Shown in pieces: positions 13,166 through 25,199 of a stretch of 64,000 bases of DNA. Source of the stretch: Bispira polyomma. Its lineage: Eukaryota. The notes under the pieces were generated by a model. It was given only the letters and a program-made list of their open reading frames with translations. It was not told the DNA's origin and made no database searches. The stretch is from NCBI GenBank assembly GCA_965649765.1, contig OZ287756.1:64046001-64110000 (forward strand), given 5' to 3'. A program made the position numbers and the translations under genes. Position 1 is the stretch's first letter, and each line of letters opens with the position of its first letter.

Positions 13166-13314
13166 ACTGACTTTACACATCCAAACTTGTGATTGCAAAT
13201 GACAATATTAAAATAGTTGTTTAATAATCTACAGTTCTAAACTTCACTGGCTTCCTATTCACTGTAGAAAAATCCTGTTTAAAATGCATGTAACCATTTT
13301 TAAAGCTGTTGTCT
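13166..13314 (+). repeat. 149-bp direct repeat, right copy
   Basis: Matches 3752..3900. Confidence 0.9.
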
Positions 13315-13693
13315 CTCAACAGCCTCACTACCTCGCTACTTAGCTCTCCTTCAGCAGCCTTAAAAGGGGAAAAAGACTCTGTTTCCTCTAAAAACACACC
13401 AAGAGGGTTGGATTTAGAGCCTTCTCAGTCGTCGCCCCTATGTTATAAAACAGTCTTCCAGTTGAACTCAGACTGCTCAATACACTTTCTGGTTTTAGGA
13501 AAAGGCTTTAACCTATCTCTTCAGGCTCGCCTATCCGCTGTAGTCCTTCTCTTAGGCGTTGACGCATCCATCCTTACGACCTGGATATGTTTTTTCATAT
13601 TTCTATTGGCTGATTGATTCTGATGTTGCACCGTGGAAGATACCTAGCATCAATAAGGCGCGTTAAAAATGCACAGTACAATACAATACAATA
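13315..13693 (+). mobile_element. 5'-truncated L2/CR1-type LINE 3' end
   Basis: Degenerate FRKRL.TYLFRLAYP end, 3' tail shared with 63925-63970, and an (ATACA)n-like tail. Confidence 0.65.
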
Positions 13694-14190
13694 GAAAAGT
13701 TAGCTTTGCAGTCTGGTAACTGAGGTGTTATATGTCAGTAGATAGACATATATCAGCAGACACTTGCTATCTGGGGTACTAGGTTTGTGCTCTTATCTAT
13801 CATTTCTGCAAGGAAGAACAATCACTTTACGTAACCTTTAACCTATAAACTTTGGTCTTTAAAAAGTTCAAGCAATGTCAAAATGCTGTGAGTGTGTCCG
13901 TCAAACTTTTATGTTTATCTATCTTGCTCAACAAAAATTTCAACTCATTTGATTTAAAAACTTACAACATCTAATATAGACTAGTTATGCATCTGCAAGT
14001 TTTAATATCCAACTTGTTTAGTTATGCTTTTCTTTTTTATCATGTTAAAATGAACATTAAAACTGCATTAACAAAACAGTAATATAGAGTAAAAAATCCT
14101 GGGGATGTTAGTTGCTGTCAATTTCACCTACAACTACAAATATAAAATTATATACTAGTTAATGTGTACAATTTCCCATATATTCCACAG

Positions 14191-14262
14191 AGTCCCAATG
14201 GCTGTCAGAAGAACACAAGATCTGGCGGTTACTGAATTTCTCAGTACATGAAACCTTTACAG
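14191..14262 (+). CDS. Carbohydrate sulfotransferase gene 1, exon 2 (stem, 72 bp)
   Basis: CACAG acceptor and GTGACA donor, phase 1-1, reading ESQWLSEEHKIWRLLNFSVHETFT. Length and splice sites conserved at 50651..50722. Confidence 0.75.
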
Positions 14263-15819
14263 GTGACAGTTTATCTATATGTTTTGGCTCCTCTACTACA
14301 TCTATACAAAGTGTATTCTTACATAAGATTGTACTTTAACTTGATTTTAATGTTGCTATCAGGAATGTATATTGTGACTAGCAATTGTACTAATTTAGAG
14401 GATTTTACATAAATATTTTGACACTGGATCAAATAACACAAAGCAAAAGAAACGATAAAACAATGCTTTTCTATTGAATAGTTTAATTTTTATTTTATGC
14501 ACAAGCAGACACTTGGGTCCACATAATGAAATATTCCATTCATCTGACCAATTTATTTATGTCACCGGGAACGTTCAGATAACATTATGATTCTACACAT
14601 AGTAAATGGTTTCAGAACATAAAAAGCAACAAATCGTACACAGACTTTAACCATTAAAAATATTTTAACATTGAAAATGTTATTATACTTCTATTTTAAG
14701 AATAATATTTAATGGATATTGTTGTGTTTCAGAATGTATAATTTTCAATTTGACATTGCTCAAATATAGCATAGAAATTTTACTAAAATGGTGATAAAAA
14801 AGTAATTGCAATAACAGTCGTATAAAAGAAAAAATGTTGATCACTTATCTTTTTTTTTTTCTTCTTTTTTTTTTGTGAGCACAATAAGTTTATTTCCATT
14901 TATATATATACAGAGTGTAAAGATTTTACATACATTTTATACAAAATATAAAATGTAAATATACTAACTGCATTTCCTCTTCATTTTTGTAAAGAATTTA
15001 TTACTTTTTATTTTTATTTTCTTTCTCTACAATTTATCGTAATTTATAGTTGGAATACTGTTTAAGTGAGCATATAGATCTAAACCTAGAAGTTTGAATT
15101 CACATGTTGTGAATATTATATTAATATTAGATGAATTGATATACTAGCTACACAATACAACACCTAAAAGAAATCAGCCCAGCATAGATTTAACAAGAGC
15201 TCATTTACAAGTCAGTAGCTTTTCATTTATAAACTCTTTATGATGTAATTTAGGAGACCACTTACTCTATGATAGTTTGAAACAGTGTCAATTAGGTCCA
15301 TAAGTTGACATTGGTAATCGTCACCAATCAGCCAATTTTTTTAAAAAAATAAACATTTATTATATAAAAGTTATACAAAATGTACGTACAAACTATTCCC
15401 AAAAAAGTTTAGGGTTACAGTACTGGGTAACATCAACAAAACTGACATAGAACTTTATGAAATGCACGAACCACATAATTAACAGGCCATGTATATTACA
15501 TAGATTAATACATAGTACCAGAGTACATTATTAAATTACATCAGTACATCAATTCACACATTAGGTTAATAAACCCAACTCCATAACTCAAATCATACCA
15601 GCACAGATTATCGAATTACAAGCTAGCCACATAGCTTGGATTAATATGTAAAAAAGCATACATTATCATATGTTAAGGAAACAACACAGATTAATGTGTA
15701 TAGCAAGAGCACATTATCATAGCTTGGATCATTCAGGCCAAATGAAAACATTTAGAGACAACATGTTTGACAATATTATATATCACATATTTATCTAATA
15801 GTTACAATCATGCATATAT

Positions 15820-18800
15820 TTAATCCTTATTCATCAGGCTACTGAATTTGGACCATTGTTTAGTAAACATTTCTTCTTTGCAGTTTAATTGTGCTAACAG
15901 AAGTTGTTCAGTGTACGTCTTTCTTAGTTTTGGTTTTAACAAGTGTAATTGTGGATTTTTATTAACACGGGAGCATTGGAAAATGAAGGCCTTAGTAACT
16001 GTACAAATGGTGTTTCTGGGCAGGAAAGTTTCATCATATTCTAAATATCCCAAAATAATGTTGTATGAGTTTATGTCCAAAGTAACATGTATTGACTCAT
16101 AAATCCAATGTTGTAAAGAATTCCAAAGGTCTATTACAACAGGACATTCAGCAAATAGGTGAATTATTGTTTCAGGCAAACTTTTACAGAAAGAACAAAT
16201 AGGAGATCCTTTGATAGACATATCATACAGTAATTTATTGGTGCCTAGTATTCTGTGAATTATTCTATATTGAAGCCATATTAGAAAGTTATCCTTTAAG
16301 GTTTTAACATTATTGAATTGGCTGTATATAGGCTTCGTTCCTCTTTGACTTTGCAGCAGAATTGAAAACTGATAGGGGTATATTGGCCTTTCCATAATTA
16401 GGTTTTGATTATTATTGCCAAATCTTTCTATTAATAAAGAAACTCTTTTTTTAATTTTATAGTATTCTAAAAAGTTTATCGAAACAAGATTGTATTTTTG
16501 CTTCAAATCGTTCTGTGACAAAAAACTACCATTTCTATCAAACATGTCACCAATAACACAAATTCTATTTTTGTACCAATTTGCAATAGGTGGAATATTA
16601 CCAAGTTTCACATTATACCAAAGTGGTATGGAGATAATATGATCATTCCTAATCTTTTCACCTTTATTTACTAAATCACACCAGGCCAATATGACATCCT
16701 TCCAAAATTGGTTCTTTATTCTGCCACATAATAATTTCAACCAGCCACGACCAAAATCCATTAGCTTACTTACTGGTGAAACAAGTTTTTCAAACAGTAC
16801 TGCCCAGTCTGGAGAATTAGATAGTAATAGTTTTCTGATCCAAGTACATTTTAGAGATTTTATAAATATTCAACATTATTCATTTGTAGACCCCCCTCTA
16901 GATAGTCTTTACATACTAAATCTCTTTTAATTTTATAAGGTTTTCCATTCCACAGAAATTTAAATAACATTGTATTGATTTCCTGTAAAATCTTGATATC
17001 AGGTGAGGGTATTGATAAAAATAAATGGGTAAACTTAGATAACAAAAGAGTTTTCATGATTGTTACTTTGCCAAGTGGTGTTAGATGCTTTTTTTCCCAT
17101 TGTTTAATAGTTTCCTTTATTTTTAAAACAGCTTTTTCATAGTTTTTAGAGGGGATTTTCTCAATGTCAACATGAAACAAGATACCCAACAGAGAGAATT
17201 CATAGTTTTAGATGTATTCATTTTTAAGCCGGATATATTACCAAAAATTTCTAAAACATTTAATGATGCCTGCAGAGATTTTTCAGAACCATCAAGAATT
17301 AGGGTTGTGTCATCAGCATATTGAGTAATTTTGAATTCTTTACCTTCAATAGTGACCCCTTTAATGTTTATGTTATATTTGATTAATAGGTATAGTATAT
17401 ATGCACATATTATAAATAGATTAGGTGATACAGGATCTCCTTGCTTACAGCCTCTTTTTATTTTTATAAATTCAGAAGTAAATCCAGATTGTAAAACAGT
17501 TGCATAAATGTCAGCATTAAACAATTTTATCCACTTTACAAAATTATCACCAAAGCCTAAGTAGTTAAGTACATTATACAAAAATTTCCAAGACACACAG
17601 TCAAATGCTTTTTCAAAATCTATCATCATTAATAAACCATCTAACTGCTTTATATCTGTACACTCCATTATATCATAAATTAAACATGTACTTTCTCCTA
17701 TGAAGCGCCCTTGTATGAAACCTGTTTGGGAAGGAAGTATAATTTTAGTGAGTATCGATTTTATTCTGGTGGCTAATACCTTAGATGCCAATTTATATAT
17801 GACACTCAATAGAGATATCGGTCGCCAATTTTTTAATTGATCCCTAGGTTTGTTTCCTTTTGGTATACAGTTTATTATACATTGTCTCATACTATAAGGT
17901 AATTTACCAGTTTCATAACTTTCATGTAATGCTCTCAGTACAAAAAATTTTATCTTCACCCAAAAAACTTTATAAAATTCTACTGGAAGACCATCAATAC
18001 CAGGGGTTTTGTTATTATTCATGGTTTTTATGGCAGTTTCTATTTCAGTGATTTTGATTGGATCACCTAAAATTCTGCAGTTTGAAATATCTAGGTTTGT
18101 AATCTCAGTGGAATTCAACATTTCATATAAATTCACATTTTCAAGACTATCATCACGGCTTGTAAAAAGGGTAGCATAAAACTCCTTAACATAAGACAGT
18201 ATTTCTTTTTGATCTGTTATATAACTACCATTATCCAAATGTATTCTTTTTATTGTTTTGTTAACATAGTTATGTTGTTCTAGGCCTAGAAAATATTTTG
18301 TTGATTTTTCACCTTCTGATAGATCTTGCACTCTGGCTCTAACCTTTTGGCCTGGCATTTTTTGATCTCGTATTATATTCAATTCAAGCCTTTTTTGGTC
18401 TAAAATAGAAAAATTATTTGCATCATTGCTGTTTTCCAGCTGCTGTATATCTTCAACTAATAATTTTTCTTTTATGCAGTCTTTTCTTTTTAGATTTGAA
18501 GCAAATTTTACAGTAGCTCCTCTAATTCCTAACAACATAACTTCCAAGAAGGTTCTAATTGATATAGTAAACTGAACATTCTCATTCTCAGGGTTATCAA
18601 TATATTCAGGACTATATACGGGTACCATATACTGTAATCTTATGTTTTCTATGACCTTGTTTATTGTTTTGATATAATCATGGTTTTGTAAGAGACTGCA
18701 GTTTAGAGACCATATTCCTTTACCTCTTGTAAATCTATTAATTACAATACTAAGTTCTAGGATCGAGTGGTCACTTCGATATCCTGGCTTTATTTTACAA

Positions 18801-19465
18801 GTATCAACAAGGTCTATCAGTGGGTTTGACAAGATAAAATAATCTAAACGGGCTTGCTTAAAGGGGTTTTTTTTTCTCCATGTATACGTTTTACTTTCTG
18901 GTTGAAGATGTCTAAAGACGTCTATTAAGTTGTACATACTTATAGTTTCCTTAAAGACCTCTCTTGCCTTTGGCTTATTAATGCTGACATAATTGCACGA
19001 GTCCAAATTGGGATTCAAAACTAGATTAAAATCTCCACATACTACTAAGTGTGTTTCAGTATTATCTTGTATAAATTCCCTTACCTTGCGAAAAAATGAT
19101 GGATTGTCTGAATTTGGAGCATACAGATTGATGAGGCGCATTGATATATCATTTAGATCTAAATCTAACACAATTAGGTTCCCTGATAAATCTTTTTGTA
19201 CATTTTTAATTTTGTATTCAAAGGTATTTTTAAGCAATATTGCTACACCGCGAGAACTTGTCTTAATACAATGTACAATAGTCTCACATTTTGAATAATT
19301 ACGCAAAATATTTTCATCTTTTGAAGTAAGGTGGGTATCCTGTAAACAAATTATGTTACAATTAGATTTGATCAAATACTGAGCAACATCATATCTTTTC
19401 TTTTTATCCTGTATCCCTTGAACATTTGCTGATGACACATTTAGATTATCACTAGAAGAAACCAT
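15820..19465 (-). pseudogene. L1/Tx1 ORF2 (APE endonuclease, RT, zf-RVT), broken by frameshifts near 17190 and 16860
   Basis: NVQG, QDTH, GDFN, SDH (APE); NWRPISLL, DFEKAFD, GCKQGDPVSP, QYADD (RT); CSFC...HLFAEC (zinc finger). Spread over ORFs 17123..19465, 16860..17189 and 15820..16761. Confidence 0.92.
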
Positions 19466-20593
19466 TTGACATGTTTCTCAATTTGACACATTTTAGAACA
19501 ATACCACAGTACAGAGTCCTGTTTAAGATGTTAGAAGTAAAAGTACATGCATATTTTATAGTCATCAAATAATGATATCTTAGGAGTATGTAACAGCTAA
19601 GTACAAAAATGGGAACCGTTTGGTACACACAACAATATACAGAACAAAAATGAAACAAGAAAAAAAAAGTAAATACAAAAAATATATACATGACAGCGAT
19701 AGCTGGCAGTATCTACGGTTTTTGATGTGGATAAGCACCTTGTTAAATGTTTGTTGTATAAACCATTGTGGCATCATTATGTTATATCTGATATATCTAC
19801 ATGTATATATTTTTGGAACAATAATACACATATACATATATATACCTAAACATACTTTTTAGTGGACTTATGATTTACTTACCTATTAGTGTATTCTGTA
19901 ATAAATTCTCTTTTACTGTATTAATCCAATAGAAATACTCCATATCAAACTACATAACTATGTCACTTGGTTTAACACTATCCATGCATTTATCATCATA
20001 CAAGTAAGTACATGTTTATCTGATGAAACTCCAAATCTTGAAAATAATATAAAAAATAGTGGTTTCAAAAATATTTGTGAGTATTACTTTTTGGAAGAAT
20101 AAAACATGCATCAGCATATCCTACAAACTAGACTAAAAACACACAAAACACACTGCCGAAAGTGTGACACACTGTGACTTTTAATATCATTAAATGTGTA
20201 CTTGTTTGTGTATTGGGTGACACAAAGAAAACCTATTGGTATTTGCAACCCACTTTTCATTGAGATTTGTTCTTGGAAATTTGTATAAAAAAAATATATA
20301 ATCATAGGGAGTCTGTGTATTTGACCCCTTTTAGGGTTGATAGTAAAGGTTTACAAGGTGGGAGAATGGACAGAGGCTTTAGTCTAATTAAATCTACACA
20401 TTTAAAGATACATTATATAATTTGTATTGAGTCTACATTTATGATACACACATTTGGGATTATATATAATCTAACATTAAAAGGAGACTTTTAAATAATA
20501 AATTTTAGTTTATCATAAATACATTATACATATATAAATACCATTATTGTCATATCAGTTATTCAAAGAGTTTTTTCTGTGAGTGTAAAAGGT

Positions 20594-21847
20594 CTAGTTG
20601 GTTTTAATTTCCTCCCTAATTCTCCCCATAATTAATTTCCCCATAATGTTTTTGCCTTTCCATTTAGCCTGGTCCCACAGTTCAGAGTCTCGAAGTGAGA
20701 ACCTACATCCCCAAAAGTTATCGGTTGGGCTAGCCTCTGCGATAACAGTGCTTCCTGTTTTTAGAAGTGCTTTTGCTAGTGCATCGTTTTGGGTGAATTT
20801 GGATTTCAAACCTTTATATGCTATTTCTTCAGACCTTTCCAACCACACTCCCTTATTATATCCATGTATCTGTTTTCCTAGTCTTTTCTGCTTAACTGGG
20901 TCTTGCTCCTGTACTAATAAGGTCACTGATTCTTGGTCGTCAAATACTCTGGCCTTTTCTATCATCAGATATTGTTCAATACAGTTAAATAATTCACCGT
21001 TCACTTTAAACTTACATGGGTGGTGGTTTGAAAGTGGGCTATCACAACCAAAGAAAGCTGTGATTTCATTTTGAGACGGCGTGCAGATTGAAGTGGGTTG
21101 AAGAACAGATGGGAGTTTCCCAATGTACTCAACTGTGAATTTTTCTCCATTAAGTATCAGGAGATCCCCGACTAATTTAACGTTAGGTCTATGTCTGGGG
21201 TTTGAGGGGTTCTGTAGGTGCTTCAGTGCAGCTCTGTATATGGGATACAGACGCCTTCTATTCTGATCTGTTTCTAGTTGAAAGTCGTCTGCTGTGGTTA
21301 CCCTACTTGCATTGTACTGTAAGTTGCGTAGGCTTGTGATTTTTATCTTATCTTTAAAATGGTGCACTTTTGCTAGAATGGGTCTTGTTTTTCCTGGAAT
21401 TTTCGGTCCTACTCTGTGAACCCTTTCGAATGTTCTGTCATTTACACAATATATCAAGGGTTTCAGCAAGTTAACGAGAGTGTCTTCACAACATTCTTGC
21501 GCACTTTCTTGGATGCCAAAGAAACGGAGGTTATTTTTTCTTTGGTGGGTTTTGTTTTTGAGACGTCTTCTTCGTAAGGCAGTATTTTCTTTTTGTAAGG
21601 ATTCTACCTGTTCAGATAAGGTCTTCATGGACGGAATGAAGACACCCTGTTCTAGTTTATCAAACCGTTTACTGAGGGGCTCTATAATGTCATGATTTGA
21701 TTCCTTAATTTCCTCTTTAAGAGTGTCAACTGCTTTCTTTATGGAAGTATTGATTAAGGACAAAATTTCACTGGAGGTGTAATTGGCCACTGGGCTTTTG
21801 TCTACTTCCTCGAATTTCCTCACTTTACTTGTTACTGGGGTTGACAT
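20594..21847 (-). CDS. L1/Tx1 ORF1p: coiled coil + RRM/CTD (Transposase_22-like) + C-terminal NADAR domain
   Basis: Open 417 aa. L1-type RRM motifs RKNNLRFFGIQE and FERVHRVG...RPILAKV. NADAR motifs FFGCDSPLSNHH, EQYLMIEKA, PVKQKRLG, KFTQN, LLKTG, EASPTDNFWG, GKNIMG. Confidence 0.9.
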   Translation of the reverse strand: MSTPVTSKVRKFEEVDKSPVANYTSSEILSLINTSIKKAVDTLKEEIKESNHDIIEPLSKRFDKLEQGVFIPSMKTLSEQVESLQKENTALRRRRLKNKTHQRKNNLRFFGIQESAQECCEDTLVNLLKPLIYCVNDRTFERVHRVGPKIPGKTRPILAKVHHFKDKIKITSLRNLQYNASRVTTADDFQLETDQNRRRLYPIYRAALKHLQNPSNPRHRPNVKLVGDLLILNGEKFTVEYIGKLPSVLQPTSICTPSQNEITAFFGCDSPLSNHHPCKFKVNGELFNCIEQYLMIEKARVFDDQESVTLLVQEQDPVKQKRLGKQIHGYNKGVWLERSEEIAYKGLKSKFTQNDALAKALLKTGSTVIAEASPTDNFWGCRFSLRDSELWDQAKWKGKNIMGKLIMGRIREEIKTN

Positions 21848-22058
21848 GTTTGTTTACACTTGTGCACAGTACAGTGTATGGCTGATCACTTATCTTTTAC
21901 TATTTTTATTGTGTACATTGTTGTAGACATCTACCCAGAAATAATTTTATTTATATACATTTTAACAGTGGAACAATATTCGTTTACCATTGCAAATATT
22001 GTACTACATGATATAATTATGTCATACCTCTTTTTATTGTTGTCTCTTGGCCATTTAG

Positions 22059-22656
22059 ATGATAATGAATTCATTCAAAAAGCCAGAGCCGAGAGGTTAC
22101 AAACATTTTGTAAGAAGTGGAGTGCTGACCATACAAACAATAAGTCTACACTAGCTGAGAAGAATGTAATGATTGATGACACAAACAAGATCTTATTATT
22201 GTCCATTCCCAAAACAGGCTGTACAGTGTGGAGGTGGACCATCTACAACAGCACAGCCAAAGTGACAACAGATTTTGAAGATGGTCAAAAGCTCCATTTT
22301 ATTCACACCAAAAGTTTTCTGCGGTCTCAAGGCTTCCGAATATTCCTCAAGATGCCAGAACAAGAAAAGACTAAACTGCTAGACCATTACTTTACGATTT
22401 TAACTGTGAGACATCCTCTCGGCAGACTAGAATCGGCCTATGTTGATAAGTTTGTTAACCAAAGAAGTGAAAATGAAAATTTTCGGGCAGCAGTAATACA
22501 ACACAAGATGAATAGTGAAGGTCAGTTGGATAACTCCAAAGTAGACCTGACTATAAATGTTACTTTTGAGGACTTCTTGTCATATGTTCTGGTCAGCTTT
22601 AATGGTCACTGGAACAGTGTCATGAATCTAGCCATGCCTTGTATGGTAAACTACAA
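22059..22656 (+). CDS. Carbohydrate sulfotransferase gene 1, exon 3 (catalytic domain)
   Basis: TTTAG acceptor and GTAAGT donor. PAPS-binding motifs SIPKTGCTVWR (5'-PSB) and VRHPLGRLESAY (3'-PB), plus TFEDF, HW and PC motifs of the Sulfotransfer_2 family. Confidence 0.9.
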
Positions 22657-23481
22657 GTAAGTAATCCTCTATTTTACCACTAATAAGTAGGGTTGTTGGC
22701 AATATCTTTTAAAACTGTGTTAAGTATTTGAATCCCAAAGTGTAAAAATCTATTGTTCTTGCCTCTAATGTTAGAACTGCTGGCGACATGTGGTCTTTGT
22801 GTCAGTTATTCTACAGCTTTAATGGACATTCAACAAAAAATTTAGAAAATATGTAGAGGAATGTAATATAAAGCTGATTTGAAAGTAGAGATAAACACCA
22901 ACAGTTAACGTGTTTTACACATAATCACAATATGAGTATACTTATTTCTATTATGAATAACGATTTACAAATATACACCAATTGAGTCCTACATTTTGTG
23001 GAATGTTACTGCTATTCCTTGGCATAAATATTTTCCTATTACAAAAGATTGCATCTCATCTAAACCATAGTGTTATTTGTGACCTATTTTTAGTGATACA
23101 GTATTTATCATTTCTCTGGTTAGTTCTTGAATTGGCAGTAATATTTCTAAGTCACTGTCTCTTTTTTAAAAATCTCTTAAAGGTTAAATTACTACTGCAC
23201 TAAACTCATTTTACATACTTTCGGCAAATTGTTTGTGTTACTGACCTGTAATCTTTTCCAGTGTTCCCTAAACATTAAAAAAATGTAATAGACTACTAGG
23301 GCTTATCTTTTGGTGTCCACTTTTACTACATTGCTCAACGGGTAAACAAACTGGTATTTATAACCCCTTTATGTTCAGGTAATTTTTTGTGATGTACTAT
23401 TGATTTATACAAATCCTAAACCACTCTTTCAAGTGAAAATTTTATCTAATGCTCTGTGTTGTTTAAATATGAATATTCCAG

Positions 23482-23779
23482 ATATATCTCCAAGACAGAG
23501 ACCTTGAATAACGACCTTGAATACATTATAAGATCCAGACTTTCTGGAAATGGGCAACCTCAATCCTTCAACACCAACCGAGACTCCAGTCCAATTACCC
23601 TCCACCAAGGCAGACTTTTGACTGTGTTCTCTGAGCTTAAAGATCCACAGAAGTGGATTAAGCAATTAATGGATATTTTCCAGGATGACATGAACATGTT
23701 TGGATATTCATATTCAGTACAGAAAGGCAAGGTGTATGCACACTGCACTTCATATTACAAAGAGACTATTTGTATTTGA
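23482..23779 (+). CDS. Carbohydrate sulfotransferase gene 1, exon 4
   Basis: TCCAG acceptor. Splicing gives PCMVNYKYISKTETLNNDLEYII and DIFQDDMNMFGY. The four exons sum to 1092 nt (363 aa plus stop). Confidence 0.88.
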
Positions 23780-23845
23780 AGAGATAGATTATATATGTCT
23801 CAATAGAGTCAATTTCTTAGCTGTAGGCAATCTGTTTTAAAATTT

Positions 23846-23852
<7 letters not shown>

Positions 23853-23886
<34 letters not shown>
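23853..23886. repeat. (TA)n microsatellite
   Basis: About 17 TA units, absent from the paralogous 3' region near 53960. Confidence 0.95.
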
Positions 23887-23889
<3 letters not shown>

Positions 23890-25199
23890 TGCAAAGATAA
23901 AAATGATCATAAAAGATGGATTTCAATACATACGTTGATTTGTCAGAGGTATTTTGTATGTAGTGTCAATTTTCATGGTAACCTGCTCTTCTGCAGAGAC
24001 AACCTGGGTAAACGTTTAATGAACTTGATGTTTCTGTTATGTAATTGACTTACTTAGCAATAACCACGATCTGTGTTTGGCCTGAACCTGGGATAAAAAC
24101 ATGGTGATTCACTGTAGTAGGGTCCTGTTCCCATGGCATTCTGTGGGTACTACAAGAACAACCTAATGCAGATTAAATTTCATTTAGGTTTTTCTGGTTG
24201 GTTGAAATGGTTGTCTAATCACTCAGTTGCCATTTCATCAGTTCTAGTTCATGTATGCTTCTAGGGATTCAATTACAAGGTCGGATATTATCAATCTTAA
24301 TACATGTAGTTAAAACAAGTAACTTTTTTACTTAATACAAATTTTGATTTGAAGTCACAAATACTAGAATGAATATTTTCAAAAGTTTGAAACAGACATA
24401 CATTATAGATACTTCCCTTTCTGGAACATATACTGCCTTCAAAATGAAAAACTAAATTAAGTAACGACATTGTTTTTTAAAATAAAGGTATTGACTCTTT
24501 TGGTGAATTGTTGACTTCTATAGCCAGATGCATTCAATTCCAATGGGACAAAGTTACAGCATACACAAAAGCAGGTTATGTTAGGCACAAATGTGCAGAA
24601 TTGTTTTTTTTTTAATTTTTAAATGTCAACAATTTAAAAAGATTCATTTTCCCGAACAATACTTATCCCAAAATAGTTATTTATCTTTATGAACAATTTA
24701 TTAGATAACCATGAGTAATCAAAATTATGGATAAACGAAAGAAACTACAATAAGAGATGTTTACTGTAAAATTTTTAAAACAGTACTTCCAACAAACAGA
24801 CATACAGTTGTCATTTTTGAAATAGTAAAGGTTAAGTAAATAGCCACTTTAATGTTTATAACATCTGACTAGAACTATCTTCAAATCATCTCAGGATAAG
24901 CGAATTTGAGATTTAACATAAAAAAGATAATTTAAACATAAACTTAATTATTGATATATGGAGAACATTTTTTATTAAGAACTTAAGTTCTCAGAAGCCT
25001 CTTAAAACAGGCTTTTGTGTTATATGTTTTTTGGTGGTTTTTCTCCTCACTTTTAGGGTTGAAAAATATTATTGTTGTAATTTTTTTGGTCTACTTATAT
25101 GTGGTATTTTGTACTGTGTATTTGTGTACAGGACTAAATTATTGTTTTATAAAACTAGTGTTGTGTGTATTGGAATTGCCTATGACATTTCATTCATGT

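Larger units (their letters stand above)
14854..21882 (-). mobile_element. Boundary-complete L1/Tx1-clade LINE (about 7.0 kb) in intron 2, ORF1 carries a NADAR domain
   Basis: 16-bp TSD TGATCACTTATCTTTT at 14838-14853 and 21883-21898. Poly(A) at about 14854-14874, AATAAA at 14889-14894 (minus strand). The paralogous intron has an empty site at about 51990-52010. Confidence 0.92.

Noticed and set aside
20598-21074. 158-aa antisense ORF over the NADAR domain as a toxin partner
   Set aside because: Non-ATG start, no ADP-ribosyltransferase motifs, and typical of a shadow frame. No DarT-like gene was seen in the window.
21860-22058. Hydrophobic N-terminus of track ORFs 21860..22660 and 52019..52771 as the TM anchor
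   Set aside because: This is AT-rich intron read-through with non-ATG starts. Conserved exons 1 and 2 with matching splice phases supply the real N-terminus.
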